From assembly GCA_052327205.1 (NCBI GenBank), contig CM126229.1:42346001-42410000 (forward strand): DNA of 64,000 nt, in the 5' to 3' direction. The notes under the pieces were generated by a model. The model was not told the origin of the DNA and made no database searches. It saw only the letters and a list, made by a program, of their open reading frames with translations. The position numbers and the translations under genes were made by a program. Of the stretch, positions 36,202 through 50,077 are shown piece by piece. The number at the start of each line of letters is the position of its first letter. Position 1 is the stretch's first letter. Origin of the DNA: Somniosus microcephalus. Taxonomy: Eukaryota.

Positions 36202-39200
36202 CTCGCCCGCATCAACAGCTCTTAGAGAACCCCATTTTGGACAGATTAACAGAAATTCAACCAATTCAGTTCTAACTATCCCTAAAGTCACCTCTCCTCA
36301 ATTTAGCATCTGGTACACACATAGGTTTGACACAGCCAGCTTTGGACATGATGTGGACATTGAAGCCCATGGCACTTTAGCAGCAACTTACTAATAATTT
36401 AATATACATGAGTTTTATTCTTTGGAGTTAGGGCCCATATGGAGGGGTGGTAAATAATTGGAAGGAAGGTGCGATGGAGGTAGCCCAAGTAACTCGTCGT
36501 TTTAACCTGGCCTCAGAACTGCAATAAATACAAGCAACAGATGAGCAGTGTCAAAAAAGTAGATCAACCCCTGCAGAAGAATGATAAATAAACGTTACTA
36601 GATACAAATATAAAAAACGAGAAATCAAAAAAAGGCAATACTCCTATATGTGTTCATAGACAGAAAACACAATTTAACCCATAAGAATACATGCACTATA
36701 TCCCAATATACCACAGTGCACATAATAACACAGTTTCAGCAGCAAAAAACAATCATGCTTGAAGTGATTGGTCGAGGGTAGTTGTTTTCATGCTGCGTTA
36801 GAGGATCTACAACCTTATTCATCATCTGTAAATGACGCGAAGCCGTTTGCAAGAACCAGTTCCCCTGAACTCAGGCCCACAGATGATGCTACAGTCTTTG
36901 TTCCAATAACGACATACCATTTTATGGAGTCTGCTATGGGCTAGTTATCAAGGCAAAGCATTATCCAATTTGGAGTGACTGGGCTCCATTTGAATGCTTC
37001 CCTCTATTCTTGACCAAGAGCTGTGAGGCCAATCAGCAGACCAGACACCAGCCAGAGAAAGCCAACCACCGCCAACAGGAGCAAAAAAGACCACAGACTA
37101 CAAGGTACTTCATATCACTCCATTCACCTGGCACAGCACTCGAATGAAACAGACCCCTCCAGTCAAGAGAGCAAAGAAATGGACTAATTCAATCCTGGAT
37201 TATACAGTTTTGTGTTTTAGTCTGACTAATAGAGATAACTCTCATTTCTGCTCATGATAGCTACTCTAAACCTGACTAACTGGGTAAAAGATTGCTCATT
37301 TTAGCTTTCTTTCTCGACTGTCCTGCACGTTTATAAATTTCCATGAAATAAAATGAAACGGCTGTGATTTTCTGAGAAACAAATGACAAACATCACAGCA
37401 GGAGCCAAGGATGTGTCTTTGATTAATGGAGCAGTTAATCTGGAGGTCCCTGTTTACATTACATTACAAGCATTAAATATATATGTAGCCCTGCTGAAAT
37501 TATGGCATTTCAGCAAATGTCTAAGGTTTTCCTCAACATAACATGGGAGAACTCCAGCATTGTGAAGTATCCGATCATTTATGTACTAGGTTTTTTCTAA
37601 AATTACCTTCCCCTCTCGAAATTTCTTGTCTACAAGCGATGTCTATTGCTTGGGCATGATTCCATGGGCTCTGGCTGCCCTTCAATACCTTGGACAAATG
37701 ACCATTCTTTGTGCATGAGCCAAGGCAGTTAGTTTTGGCAGGTTGAGAGATTTCAGGAGCATTACAGCCAAGTCTGATCCTGTCTTCACCAGATGCCCAT
37801 ACAGTGATCACTGGAGAGCAATCAGGAGCAGGAACCATGGGCAATTCCCCCCCCCATAACCTATGAGGCACTGAGGCTGATGTTTACACCATAACTGCTG
37901 CCCTGGTCGAGATCAACTAATGCAGCAGTGTCTTGGCATCGACATGGGGTCTTTTAGACTTTGTGGCAGTACCTTTATCTGAAACGTTGGGAGCTAATGA
38001 TTCATTTTTGATAAATTAATGGCACGGTTAACCTGTAGATACTTTGTTTCTAAAAAAAAAAAAAAAAAAAAAAATTCTGAGCATAATCAAAGCAGGAGAA
38101 GGTTTGAACACTTGAGTCGAATAGCCTGCCAACACTTATTGTCTAGGCTCAAAGAGGAATTAATGGCACTTGAACGAGTTACTGGAAGGTGTTCATGGAA
38201 CCCTAACTCAACAAGGCAACAGCTTCAAGGGGCAAAATAAATTAGCAAACAAAAATATATTCAGTAGGAGAATGAACATTAATTTCCAACTATCCAACTT
38301 TCATTTAATACTTAGTAAATATAAAGATCCCAGATATTTTTAGTTGAAGTAGCTCACTGACCACGATTTAGCTTAAATGTTGCTGTGGTGTCCATTCTAG
38401 CAATGATTGCACCCTGACTGAGGATCCCTGGACATTCTTGCAAGCCACTCCTCATCATCAATTCAGTTTGATTTTTCCCAATCAGAGCAGTTTGGACGTG
38501 GTTAGCAGTGGTCTCACAGATACCATACACAGCAAGCACACCAATGCATGATGTGTCTCTGTGAGCTGGATATCTGTGGTCGACTCAGAGGACCCATTGT
38601 ACAGAATAGCAACTATGCAAAGACAGCTGTGAAATTCACGATTAAAAGCAAAAGGTGTGGGGACGAGAGGAATCTGGTCAAATCTGTCACCAGAAAGGTT
38701 GATCTCAGTATTAAAAATGTTGCTTCATTAGTCGTTAAATCAAAAGGAAAGGGATAAAAAACATGTTTTTCCTAACCCTTTTTTTTTTTAGCATGAAGTG
38801 GTTTTAGTGAGACAGTTAATCATATAAAACATCAGAATACTGTGTGGCGATTGGTCCCCTGTATTTCTGGAAAAACACAAACATAACCAATCAAATCACA
38901 TTCTGACTCCATCTCTGCGAGCCATACCTCCCACCCACCATAAAGATAGAAACAGAAAAGATTAAACTTCAAAATATATTTCAAATCTATTATTTTAAAG
39001 AGACAATATCCCAATTTCCTGACCTGTACAGTCAGTTACAATCAATTGTACAAAATCAGAAAGGGGTAAAAATGTCTAGAGGGAGTATCGCTCGTGTGAG
39101 ATTTTCTGGCCTCAGAGTCCTGCTACTTTAGGTCTCCATCCCAACTCAAAGCTCTGACAGCTAGTAGTGCTGTTTCTGGGGTTGCCTGACTTCAACTGGC

Positions 39201-41345
39201 TCCCAGGCTGGGTAGAACCAGACTGTTGTGCAGTGAATGGGGCAGCTCGGTGATGTCTGTGACCCTCCCTGCACACAAGTCAGAGAGATGCTGAAGAGAA
39301 AAGGAGACTCCCAAAACGATAGGTGTCCATAATTAGAGAAAAAAAGATCGCTCAACTCCGTTAGACTTTCCCTCGACTTTAAACCTCACAAGCTGGTTCC
39401 TGCAAGTTGATCAGCCACTTCAATCCACCAGCTGTATGGCATCACTTGCTAGGCAAGAGGATGGGTATGTGGGCAATATCAAGCCACTTGAGCCCAACAC
39501 TGGAAAGTCCACAAGAATGGTTCCAGCTGGGTGGGTGGGAGAAGGCAGATCAAGAGTGCAGCATTTGGGTTATTTATCAGCACCTACCCATTAGCCCAGG
39601 ACTCCACAGCACAAAACTTGGCAGCGCTAACTTGTCTTTATTTTTATTTTTTAAACTTGCTGTACAGGACAATAAAAAGGAAGATTTTCTCTTAAAAACT
39701 TACTCTAAAAAGACGTAATCATAACAGAACCAATACGCACAAACATTTTTCATCAATCGTAAATCATAAATTGGCGTATTGCAATAAGTAAAATTACAAG
39801 TAGTCATCTCTCTCCTCTCACCCTCCCAAACATTTTCATGTCTACCATGAAAGCTGTAATCGATCATCACCAACAAAAAACATTAAAATGTTCCAACTCC
39901 CAAACAATACAAACTCAATACATTAAACATTCCTCCAGTGATTATTTCCTAGCACTAATTAATTTTGCTCTTTTCCTAAATCTGCTACCTCTTGCTGGCA
40001 TACTGTTCCACATGTGGTGGTCGCTCCACAGTACCTTGCTCAAGTGTGAGCCCAGATAGAGTGTACCAGCAAGCCAATGAGCCATGAGGTGCATCGCAGC
40101 CAAGTCCAATCCTGTTTCGCCCAATGTTCACACGCATACTTTCCATTGGAGTCACTGGATAATGATCAGATGTCGACATCTTAGCCAATATTTCCACCCC
40201 CTCCCCCAGTAATATCCCTTTTGCTGCCCTCCTCGGTGAATAGCTAGCTCAAGGCACTATTATATTATACAGTAATATAAGGGACCCCGGGGAAGCAGCA
40301 TCCAAATGGAGATCTGCAATCCTTTGCTGCTACTATCCTTTATACTGTTGCCCCAAATCGATGCCTAAAGGCTAGAGGCCCGTGATTCCTAAATTTAAAA
40401 GGGAGTCTGTCTCCGCAGGTGTAGCTTTTTTAAATGGAGACCTAATGGCAGATTGCATGATCCACAGTGGTATCTGGTACATTACAGAATGCTATTGGCT
40501 ATTACTGCCATCAGGGGCACTTCTTCAATGTAAATGTACCAAACTTATCTAGTCAAGGAAAACAAGTCTCAAATTGGAGGTTCTTAAACTTTCTTAATGC
40601 CAAGCAGAAATCATCAACAGGCTTTTAATCACCAGATAACGGAGTCAGTGTTTGCTGTTGGTTCAAATTACATTTACCTTGTATAGGAGACAAGTACCAG
40701 ATTGACTCCATGCACCAATCTCCCATGTTTATATTGTCAGTTATCTCATTCTGCTGTAGTCTGCTAGAGTCCGATTCAGAAAATGGAGACCTGGTTTTCA
40801 GCACAGAAGACCGGGTCTCTTTCTGAAACAGCTTCCAAAGGGCCTGCAGGAAAAGCAGCAAATGCCAATATAAAAGTCAATCCGCTGACATTTCAGGTCA
40901 CCGAAACATCGACTGATCGTTTCTCCACAGATGCTGCCTGACCATTTCCAGCTTCTTCTGTTTTTGTTTATAAGATTTCCAGCATCTGCAGTGTTTAGTT
41001 TTTTTGCCAATATAAGAGGCTGTTCTTTGAACTGCCTGCATGAACCCATTTGACATTGGAGTCAGTGGGGCTGGGAAGACCAAAGGCAGACCTTGGAATT
41101 GATGCTGAGCTGGTTATCACATGGCTACCGGTGTGGAATTTCCCTCAACACCAGTGAAGATTCATGAACAGAAACTCAAGGTTACAAAGGGGACTCATAA
41201 ACCACGGAGAGAGATCTGGTGCATCTGCAGTTGCCTCAGAGTTGCTGCCAGTACTCTGAATCTGCCCACAATGTAAATGGGAGAAATCTGCAGTATCTTG
41301 CAGCCTCTACAAAGCCATTTATAAGCAAGGTAGGAGGTTAATACC

Positions 41346-41501
41346 ACCACAACAGAAAATGCTGGCAACACTCAGTAGGTCAGGCAGCATCCGCGGAGAG
41401 AGAAATGTTTCTCTCTCCACGGGTGCTGCCTGACCTGCTGAGTGTTTCCAGCATTTTCTGTTGTTGTTTCAGATTTCCAGCATCCGCAGTAATTTGCTAT
41501 T
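41346..41501. mobile_element. Same palindromic family, centre deleted, flanked by a 16-bp TSD
   Basis: Inverted arms, with GTAGGAGGTTAATACC at 41330-41345 and 41502-41517. Confidence 0.8.
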
Positions 41502-42855
41502 GTAGGAGGTTAATACCTTTTCTTTTGAAATAGCCAGATAAATTGGGGGGCGGGGGAAGATAACTAGAAGGAACCTCAATATTGTTTTGTTGACAGCCCC
41601 CTATGACCCTCCTCTCCACTTCAAACTGTAGCAGCAGCAAATGCAAAGACTGCAGGGTCACAAGCGAGCAAGTCGTTATCCTGACTCAAACCCATCTGCA
41701 TCTGTACAGTGATTCTTCTATCAAGTTTAAACTGCCCTTGTTGGAAAAAAAATAACATGCTCATACACGGTGCAGCATCTTATAAAATGGAATATTTTTT
41801 ATTTAACAAGGGCTATTTTATACGAATACACAGAAGGACTGCAGAATAGTTAAGTTGCCTGTAAAGCACACTGTTATTGTCGGGGTTAGGAAGCAGTGGC
41901 CAGCCATGTCCCTTTTTAATCCCCACGGATCTATTTTTCTCCCTCTAAACTGCTCAGCAGCACAAGTGGCTTTGAATAGCAGCTCTGTGATTAAGAAGCT
42001 TGCCAGCAAGCTCTCAAACAATAAATGAAAAACATTCACCTTGGAAATTGCTTTTTAAAGTTTCCTGCAGATGAAATGCAGAATTAAAATAACACTAGGA
42101 ACTCGACATTGGAGTGGTGTATAATTTAAAAACAAGCAGTCTGGGAAAGGGAGGAGGAGAGATGAATACATTTATTTCCACAATAGTACAGAACAGATCA
42201 CTGAGTATGATAAACTGTATTCTTGAGGAAAGGAGGTACTGCCCAATAATTGAAAAATCTTAAGCATTTTTCAAAATATATTAGTCTTTTATATTGAATA
42301 GTCTCCTGTGACTAAAAACCAATTCCAGACCAGCAACATTTTCCAAGTTTAGTGACCATCAGCCAGAAATCTATTGGACTGAGAGAGGAGACAGCATCAG
42401 GAATAAGCAAACCAACTGATCCCCAGCATCAAGAGCGGGCACACAAGCAAAGTAAGCCTGGACTACAGATACAGCTAGTCAGTAAAAGCAACCAAGCGAA
42501 AGGCTCGACAAATGGCGACAATTCTGGGCTCTGGACTTAGTTTAAGGTTCAGTGAAGTGGACTAATAAAAAGGCAAATGAGTAAGTGAAGAGTCAATAAA
42601 AAGTACACTGATACACCATAAAATGGCTACCAGGAAGTACTATAAAATAAAGGTTAGTGAAGAGAATGGTGAAAATTACTGCCCATCGAGACTGCAGTAT
42701 TGCTGAAATTAACAGCAAAAAAGCCTGATTGTGGAAAATGTCACTAACTGGAAATGGTTTTAAAATAGCCAGTGACTAAACTGCTTCTTCAGTCTTTCTA
42801 TAGAGCAATAACTGCAATGATTGCTGCATGTAGAATTGTTTTTAAATGTGCTTAC

Positions 42856-42909
42856 CTTTGAGCCGCGCTCATTAAATATAATTTCTACATCTATGATTTT
42901 ACCAAATTG
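42856..42909 (-). CDS. RBFOX2: RBFOX2 RRM exon (QFGKIIDVEIIFNERGSK), 54 nt
   Basis: CTGCAG|CAA acceptor, AAG|GTAAG donor, conserved peptide and exon size. Confidence 0.96.
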
Positions 42910-44064
42910 CTGCAGAGAAGAAAAAAATAAGTTTGTTAGTATACATGTCAGTCAAAATTCTGCTCTATACACAACTCTTTCACATACTTTCCCCATTTCT
43001 CTTACGGTGCTGGGACCGAGTTCCGTGGGTGCTAGTAGCCCTTCAGTAACTCACTCAAGTGGTCATTCTTCTTGATTGATTTTAGCCAGTAGGCGTCAAT
43101 GAAAGGCTATTTAACCATGAGGGATATCACAACAGAGTCTGATCCCGTCTCTCATCCACGGACATGCACTTTTGAGCAGGAATCACCAGATAATGATCAG
43201 GAATGCTGATTTATTTTAGGGTACTAAGACTAGGACTTAATAGTGGAACCACTGCTCCTAGCTGAAGTTACCTACCACTACAGAGCGGAGATCAAATCCA
43301 GGGCCATTGGCCTTTATGGATCAGCGCCCCCACTAGTCAGTGATTTACCCATTAAGCACCAAGCACGTGTGTAACATGCCCTTTAATCCAATTGTTCTGT
43401 CTGGCATGGATTTAAATCCAGCTCCAAAGCTGAAATGCTGCTTAAACATAGTCAGACTTTCGGGTCCCAACAGAAGGTGATCGTTTTTTGCTAACCCCCC
43501 CCCCCCCTCCTCCTGCTGCTTCTGTCCAGCAGGGATAAATCCTTTCTCAGAAGTGAAAGCAGCACATGGTTCTAACACATCAGGATTTGCTAGGGCCGCA
43601 TTGAAAACTTTAGCCCCCACCCCCACCCACCCGGTTTGACTTGATATAAACCCAAATCACGAGCTAAAAGTAGCATGATGCTTGAAAATTGAGATACTGA
43701 GAAAAACAAAGAAAGCTTCCACCTGCCTGGCTCTGAAAGCAGCTCTCAAAGGCAAAAGGGCACTGATCTAACAGTTAGTTCCCTATTGAAATGAAGCAAT
43801 TTAACTGACTGGACCAGGTAAAAATCCAAATGATTCACTGCAAGGGGCTTTTGAATCGTCAGGTTACATTTTGCTCAGTATAGCTGCTTTTATATTGGTG
43901 CTAATGTGGTGCTAATGCTGCCAATTCTGACACGTGGGTCTTGCTAAACTGGCAGCAAACCCAGAGTAAATGTGCAACTCCTACTGTCCAGTCACAGACA
44001 GAAAGAACTTGAACATATAATGAATATGCTGGCCTACACTGGCAGCTTGTCCCCATACATCTCA

Positions 44065-44452
44065 AATTTAAAATTCTCATCCTCGTGCTTAAATCTCTTC
44101 AAGGCCTCGCCCCCCTCCCCATCTCTATAACTTCCTCCAGCCCTACAGCTGGTGTCCTCCAAACTCTCCGTCGCTGAGACTCTGGCCTCTTGTGCAACCC
44201 CCCCTTCAGCCCACCATTGACAGCAGTGCTTTCAGCTGTCAATGCCCACGCTCTGGAACTTCCTCCCGAGAATCCTCTGCTCGCCAACTCTCTCTCCTCC
44301 AATACTATCTTTAAAACCCACCTCTTTGACCAAGCATTTACGCCCCCAATATCTTTTTCTTTGGCTCAGCTGCCTTTTTTTGATTAGGGCTATGAAGGGC
44401 TTTGGGACATTTTTCTACATTGAAGGAGCTATGTAAATGCAAGTTGTTGTTT
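44065..44452 (+). mobile_element. L2-clade LINE 3' end (other pieces at about 34800-35170 + and 22500-22830 -)
   Basis: FKILILV.KSLQGLAP..., LWN.LP and LKTHLFDQAF-like sequence, with tail ATGTAAATGCAAGTTGTTGT. Confidence 0.75.
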
Positions 44453-44642
44453 TACACCGGCACTACTTTCATTCAAATTCCAGGAGACTGGCGATCTGGC
44501 TCCCGGGGTTTACACTGCCAACTCTAGCTCCATTGTCCTAGCCAGGATAAGTGGCTAGATTAATAGAGCAGCTCACTGCCACTGGCATCCCAGAATCCAA
44601 ATTCAAACATGGCAAATATTAAACCAACTATAATGCACTTAA

Positions 44643-44866
44643 ATAACAGAAGAAGCTGGAAAAACTCAGCAGGCCAGGCAACATCCGTGGAGAGAGAAAC
44701 AGTCTCAACGTTTCAGCTCGAAGACCCTTCCTCAGAATAGAGTTCTGTAGAAGGGTTTCGATCTGAAACGTTAACTGTTTCTCTCTCCACAGATGTTGCC
44801 TGGCCTGCTGAGTTTTTCCAGCTTTTTCTGTTGTTATTTCAGATTTCCAGCATCCGCAGTATTTTC
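44643..44866. mobile_element. Palindromic short interspersed repeat with twin hammerhead-like cores
   Basis: About 90-bp inverted arms. The centre has CTGnnGA...GAAACGTT on both strands. Confidence 0.7.
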
Positions 44867-45678
44867 CTAACGAAACCGCTGGAGGGATGGGTCAAATCTT
44901 TCGTGTGTAACTGTCGAACATACCCCTTTATGTCCTTTGATATTAAACTTCATTAAGTTTGTTTGTAAAATTGAGTATCAAACAAAATGTCAATGTTTGA
45001 TGGCTTTGTTCTACAATTCTTCAGTTCATTCCAAAACTCAGAGAAACTCTGTAAATCCAAAGTTGGCAATTGTGTACATTTAACATCCGGAACAGCAAAG
45101 GATGAGATGACAAACTTGGGCAGAATTTGCCTATCAAAGACTCTAATAAATGATCCAGTCAGAGAATAGAGGATTAACTAATCCTGTATGGACATTTCTC
45201 ACCCCATTGCTATCCAATTATCATATCTTTAATAGCACGGATTTCCAATGCTCACACAAAAAATGGAAAGTTCCCTTTACATTAACTCTCCAATACATTT
45301 TAGCCCCTATTAAACCAGCCTGGCATTTCCATTTTTAAGTTTTCTTCACAATTTGTTCTGCCAAATGTTTCTCCTTCCCCCAAGGCATTGCTGGAGTATG
45401 ATTCCGGGGTGCCAAACACTTTCCAGTACCTCACCCAAATAGATTAGACAAGGGCCTGCATGGCGTCACTAGGATTCCAGTAAAGCAAAACTGTGAACAT
45501 TAGTAATGTTCCTACTCTGCCGACTTGAGCCGAGAGTAACACTCGGCAGTGAAATTATCATTGTCCTCCCAACCCCGAATTGTGTCTGGAGAGAAAGCAT
45601 TTTGAACTGTATGCAGCAACAGGGTTGCTATTAATGAGGATACGTCCGAGAGCAATGGAAGATGATTTGAGGTGACAG

Positions 45679-45938
45679 TAGGGTTGCCAGCCCTCCAGGA
45701 TTGTCCTGGGGTCTCCAGCAATTAAAGATTAATCTCCTGGACACGAGCAAGCCAAGAGAAAAATCGTAGGGGCATTAGAAAGAAAATGCTGTATTTTTTT
45801 TCCATTTTCTTTGAACATTTATTAGTTAAAAAAATATTGCAGATAGGAAGAGGCTGTTTGCCTGGGCGGGGCAACTGGAGTCGAGATGTCATGGGATGAA
45901 ACCGCCAGGAATACGTCCAAGCAAAGCTGGCAACCCTC
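45679..45938. mobile_element. hAT-like MITE
   Basis: AGGGTTGCCAGC / GCTGGCAACCCT TIRs. The flanks GGTGACAG / GGCTACAG (6/8 match) look like a decayed 8-bp TSD. Confidence 0.7.
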
Positions 45939-46481
45939 GGCTACAGTATACACACGAGTATTGACGCTAGTGCAACCTTCCCTCCTGCATATTACTACCA
46001 ATACACTAAATAAGCTTGGGAACAACACTTGCCAATTTAATAACACCAAAATAACTCCAAGTTGAACCAGATATGCCAAACATTTAGATACATTGTGTAT
46101 GAATAAATAGGACATTCCAGTGAAGTTCATATATGAACCTGAACCAGGAACAGACAATTTTATGCTGCTGAATTGCAGCTATTCAAAACTGGAATGACAC
46201 AGTCCGATTCACTTCACATAGGACCTTTCCAGCAATCAGAGACAGGACTACCTTCCTCGCTGTGGTCGGGAGAGATGAAAATTCAGTGTTATAAACAACA
46301 GTACAATCCAATCTCTTCATATTATTTCGTGTGGCATTTTTCAGTCTTTTATTAGGTGGTCAAATTCTTGCACAAGTGTCACTGGTAAATTCCCTGCCTG
46401 GGGTAACTCCACAAACTCTAATGGGAAAATATTTTAGTATGAATCCCTGAACAGAGTTCCAGTAAAAAGCTCATCCCTTAC

Positions 46482-46625
46482 CCCAAACATTTGCCTGAGG
46501 TCAGGATCACGGAAGCGGAAGGGAATGTTGGAGACATGAAGCCGTTTAGGGATGGGTTTGCTCTCGCTGCTCTCGGTAGTCTGTGTTTGCTGCTGTCCGT
46601 CCGTCTGTGCTGCTTCATCTGTCTG
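46482..46625 (-). CDS. RBFOX2: RBFOX2 exon, start of RRM ([48 protein letters not shown]), 144 nt
   Basis: Invariant [22 protein letters not shown]. Acceptor TTTCAG CAG (NAGNAG), donor GGG|GTAAG. Confidence 0.96.
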
Positions 46626-49600
46626 CTGAAAGATAAAAATGAATTGGACTATGATTTAAATGAACATTTCACTTAAACATTTCTGTGTACCTGCGATAGC
46701 TAATGTGTTTTAATAGTCCACTATATTCATCATGCTTCATGCAGCTCCATAAACCTGCAAACAATTATGGCCACACAATTAAAATTCTACTTTTTCAAAT
46801 CAGCAATATTTGTAGATTCAACACTATTCATAGGGGATTTGGTGCTACAAACTGGTATCTAGTTTATAATGGGACAGCTCTACTTGGTCCTGCAAATACA
46901 TTTCAGTTTCCTTGGAAAAAAATGTTTCAATGATTCTCCATCTGCACAATTTCTCCCGAGGATGCAGAGTCTTGAAGCAGCCCTTTGCCTCACCAGCTGA
47001 ATTAGCTAACTCAACACAAACAGGGGACCGAAGCTGGGAGCTTCATGCGCTGTACGTCTAGGTGGTTTCCACATGGTATGCATAGTGGTTTGACCTTTGT
47101 ATATGGAAGCCTTGAATTTTCTGCGTCAAGTAACCTCGCACTTTTATTTCTGCTTAATTATATGCAGCCCACTCACTAGTTGTGGCACCTGTATCTGGCC
47201 TCTGCTTCAAAAAGATTGGACATCCCCGGTCGGTGTTAGAGCGTTCTCAAACAAATGCCAATTGTCCCACAATATCTTGCCCAACTGGCCACACTTCATA
47301 TGTGAAGCTTAACAGTGTGTGTTGGCAGGATGCTGGAAATCACAGCTGAATAATCTGAAACTCATTCAAATCAACACTTACATTTTCCAGCAAGGGTCAG
47401 TGGATAGCTAATTCCCCCCCACCCTTACCCCCTTAGGGGATGTTGAGATCAACTGTAGCCCCACAGCTGACATCAGTAGAGAGCAGGATAAGACGCGAGA
47501 CCTTCCTGATCTGAATATTGAAACAGCATGCCTCATAATCCATTCCAGCACGGAGCCATCAGTTGAGCTGCACGTTTCACCAATATATCAAGGTAAGCTG
47601 CCACTGCAAAATCAGACAGGGCAAGGCTTTCAAAAAACACACTGTACACCTGCACTAAACAAATCTGTTCCTACATACTGTACATGAACACAAGTTGGGT
47701 CAACACATGCATGCACACAGTTGCATTTAAGAAATAAAAATCAAGTTTTTTAATACAACTATAAAAATGCCAGACTTTTCCTATCTGTTTTTTGAAACAC
47801 AACAATTACTGGGACCAGCTCTAAAAGTGGACAGTCTGCTGACTACCAGCGCGATCACTGAAGATTTGATACCCAAATGTGCTCAATTCTAGTTTCATAC
47901 AGAACTGTGCTATGGAAATAAAGACATGGTAGGACTTGTGAAATGACGGGTAAGGGTGACTGAAAAATGGATGCCAAAGAGCTGCTTGTCTATCCCACTA
48001 GAGTTTTTCCTCCGAATCCTGAGCTGCAAAGAGTTCATTTCCATTCTTGCTCAACTGAATTTGTCACCAAACAGCTGAACTGTGAATGGATTACCCTGCA
48101 GAACCCCAGCGTCCCCACAGGTGTGAAAGATTAACACTTTTTTCTGTGCTCAGCTGCTTTCTGGTGTCACATTTACAAGTGTCATCAAGCTCACAAGAAA
48201 GGCAATGTTAATTCACAGTCATGCCACGACGTAGCGCCCCTTCCAAACGCTAAACTCAAACTACTGAAAAGCATTTGAATAAGAACAAAGAATGAATTTA
48301 CTTCAATTAGCATCACTTCTCTCCAGAGCGTGGCACTTGTGGACTCAGTTAGTTGTAGGACTTGTGGAAATGCAATTTCTTTCTAGGGTCTCTGAATGCA
48401 TGAGCACTGCACGGTTACAGCCCCTTCCCCTGAACGCAACCGTGTGACCAGCTGGATTCTGCAGCCACGCTGCTGGGCTCCTCCTCTAATATTTTAATCA
48501 GACTCTTCTACCCTGCCATCCAAGAAAGTCACCTGACAACCATCAGCATCTAAATAAAGAATGAATAGCTGTGCGATAAAAAGGTCTGTGCATTTTATGA
48601 GAACATGACATACTGCAAAATATAAATGACTGCATTCTTCTATCAAACATTAGGGAATTTTCAGGCACTATATTTCACTGGTTCAAAATACGGTATACTT
48701 GGACAAGGGGAGAAGCCAGGATTGCTGGTGGACCCAGCTCTCCCCAACTCAAAGGTGTTTATGTAATCGTAGCCCAGGCAGGTATTTTGTACCAATGGAT
48801 TGTCTACAAGTCCATGCTTAGAATTGTGAAACTGAAAGCGAGTCAGAAAGGGTGTGGATGAGGTAGTACGTTTTAGAGCTATGGCACTGTACAACATTCT
48901 ACAAACCTCCTGGGTGTTTCCATGGCAACATTTTCCAACTTTATTTCATAACCAAATGTTGCTGCTTAAGGAAAATGAAGGAAACGGATTTTGAAATGGT
49001 GTCCTTTGAAAATGTCTCTGTGGCCCCACATGTGCATCTGTCTGCAGATGTCAGCACTGGAGTTTAGGGCGAGGGGGAGGGAGGGCTGGTGGGACTGAAC
49101 AGGCTGGACTGGTTTGGCGGCTGTGTGGGGCATCAGGTGTCGACAGTGGGGGCCTTTCAGGCCTCTTGGTGCACTGTTAAGACAAACATCCTTTCAAACA
49201 GGCAGAGCAGCTGTTCCTACGTCTATGTCAGCCTGTTTGATGAATGCCGTGCACGTTGCCGGATAGCCAAATTAGTGAGCTTCGAGTAAAACTGCAGTAA
49301 TTTAAAAACTCACCCGCAACAATCTGAAATCATTTTGATAGCAAGGTTTTATTTTTATTTGAATATATCTGCAGACAGCTGCGTACATGTGGCCACTTAG
49401 AAAATTTCAAACGTGAGATTTAAGCACTCACTCCTTCAGCAGTCAATTCATCTATCGCCACCATCCAATATGCTCAACTGTGCATGCTCAAGGTACACTT
49501 ATGTCCATTTATGGATATCTTTCACAATGAGCAGCCAAGATATAGGGTTGAACTAGGATACAGGATATTTAGAGTTGGGACCTTTGCAGTGCATTCAAAG

Positions 49601-50077
49601 TATAAAAGAAGCCCCAAAAAAATTCTACAATTCATCTTACTAGTGTTAAAGTCAGCACAGTTTACTACACACCCAGACCATCAAATATCTATGTACAGTT
49701 CTAACGTTCTCAAATAACCATCTACTGTAAATGGTTCAGAAAAAATTTAATTTTCCAGCAGAAAACTGGGGCTGTTCTGAGAATTGATCTGTCCTGATTT
49801 CCCAATATCCAACAGTTCAGCACTTCAGGCAGTAGTAGTCGGTGTGAAGATTAGATGTGAATTAGATCAGTTAATTATGAGCTAATTTCTAATCTGTTGT
49901 ATAAACGTAAAATAAAAGTTTAAGTCAAATGAAAATTCAGGTAAATCAGGTATCCGTTATCTTGCTGCTGATGAAACTGCCCCAATTTTACCACAGGGCA
50001 GGACTTTGGGAGCTCCCTTCATACAGGATAAAAATGGACACTGGATTGGGATGAGGTTGCATACAAATGTAGCAGCC

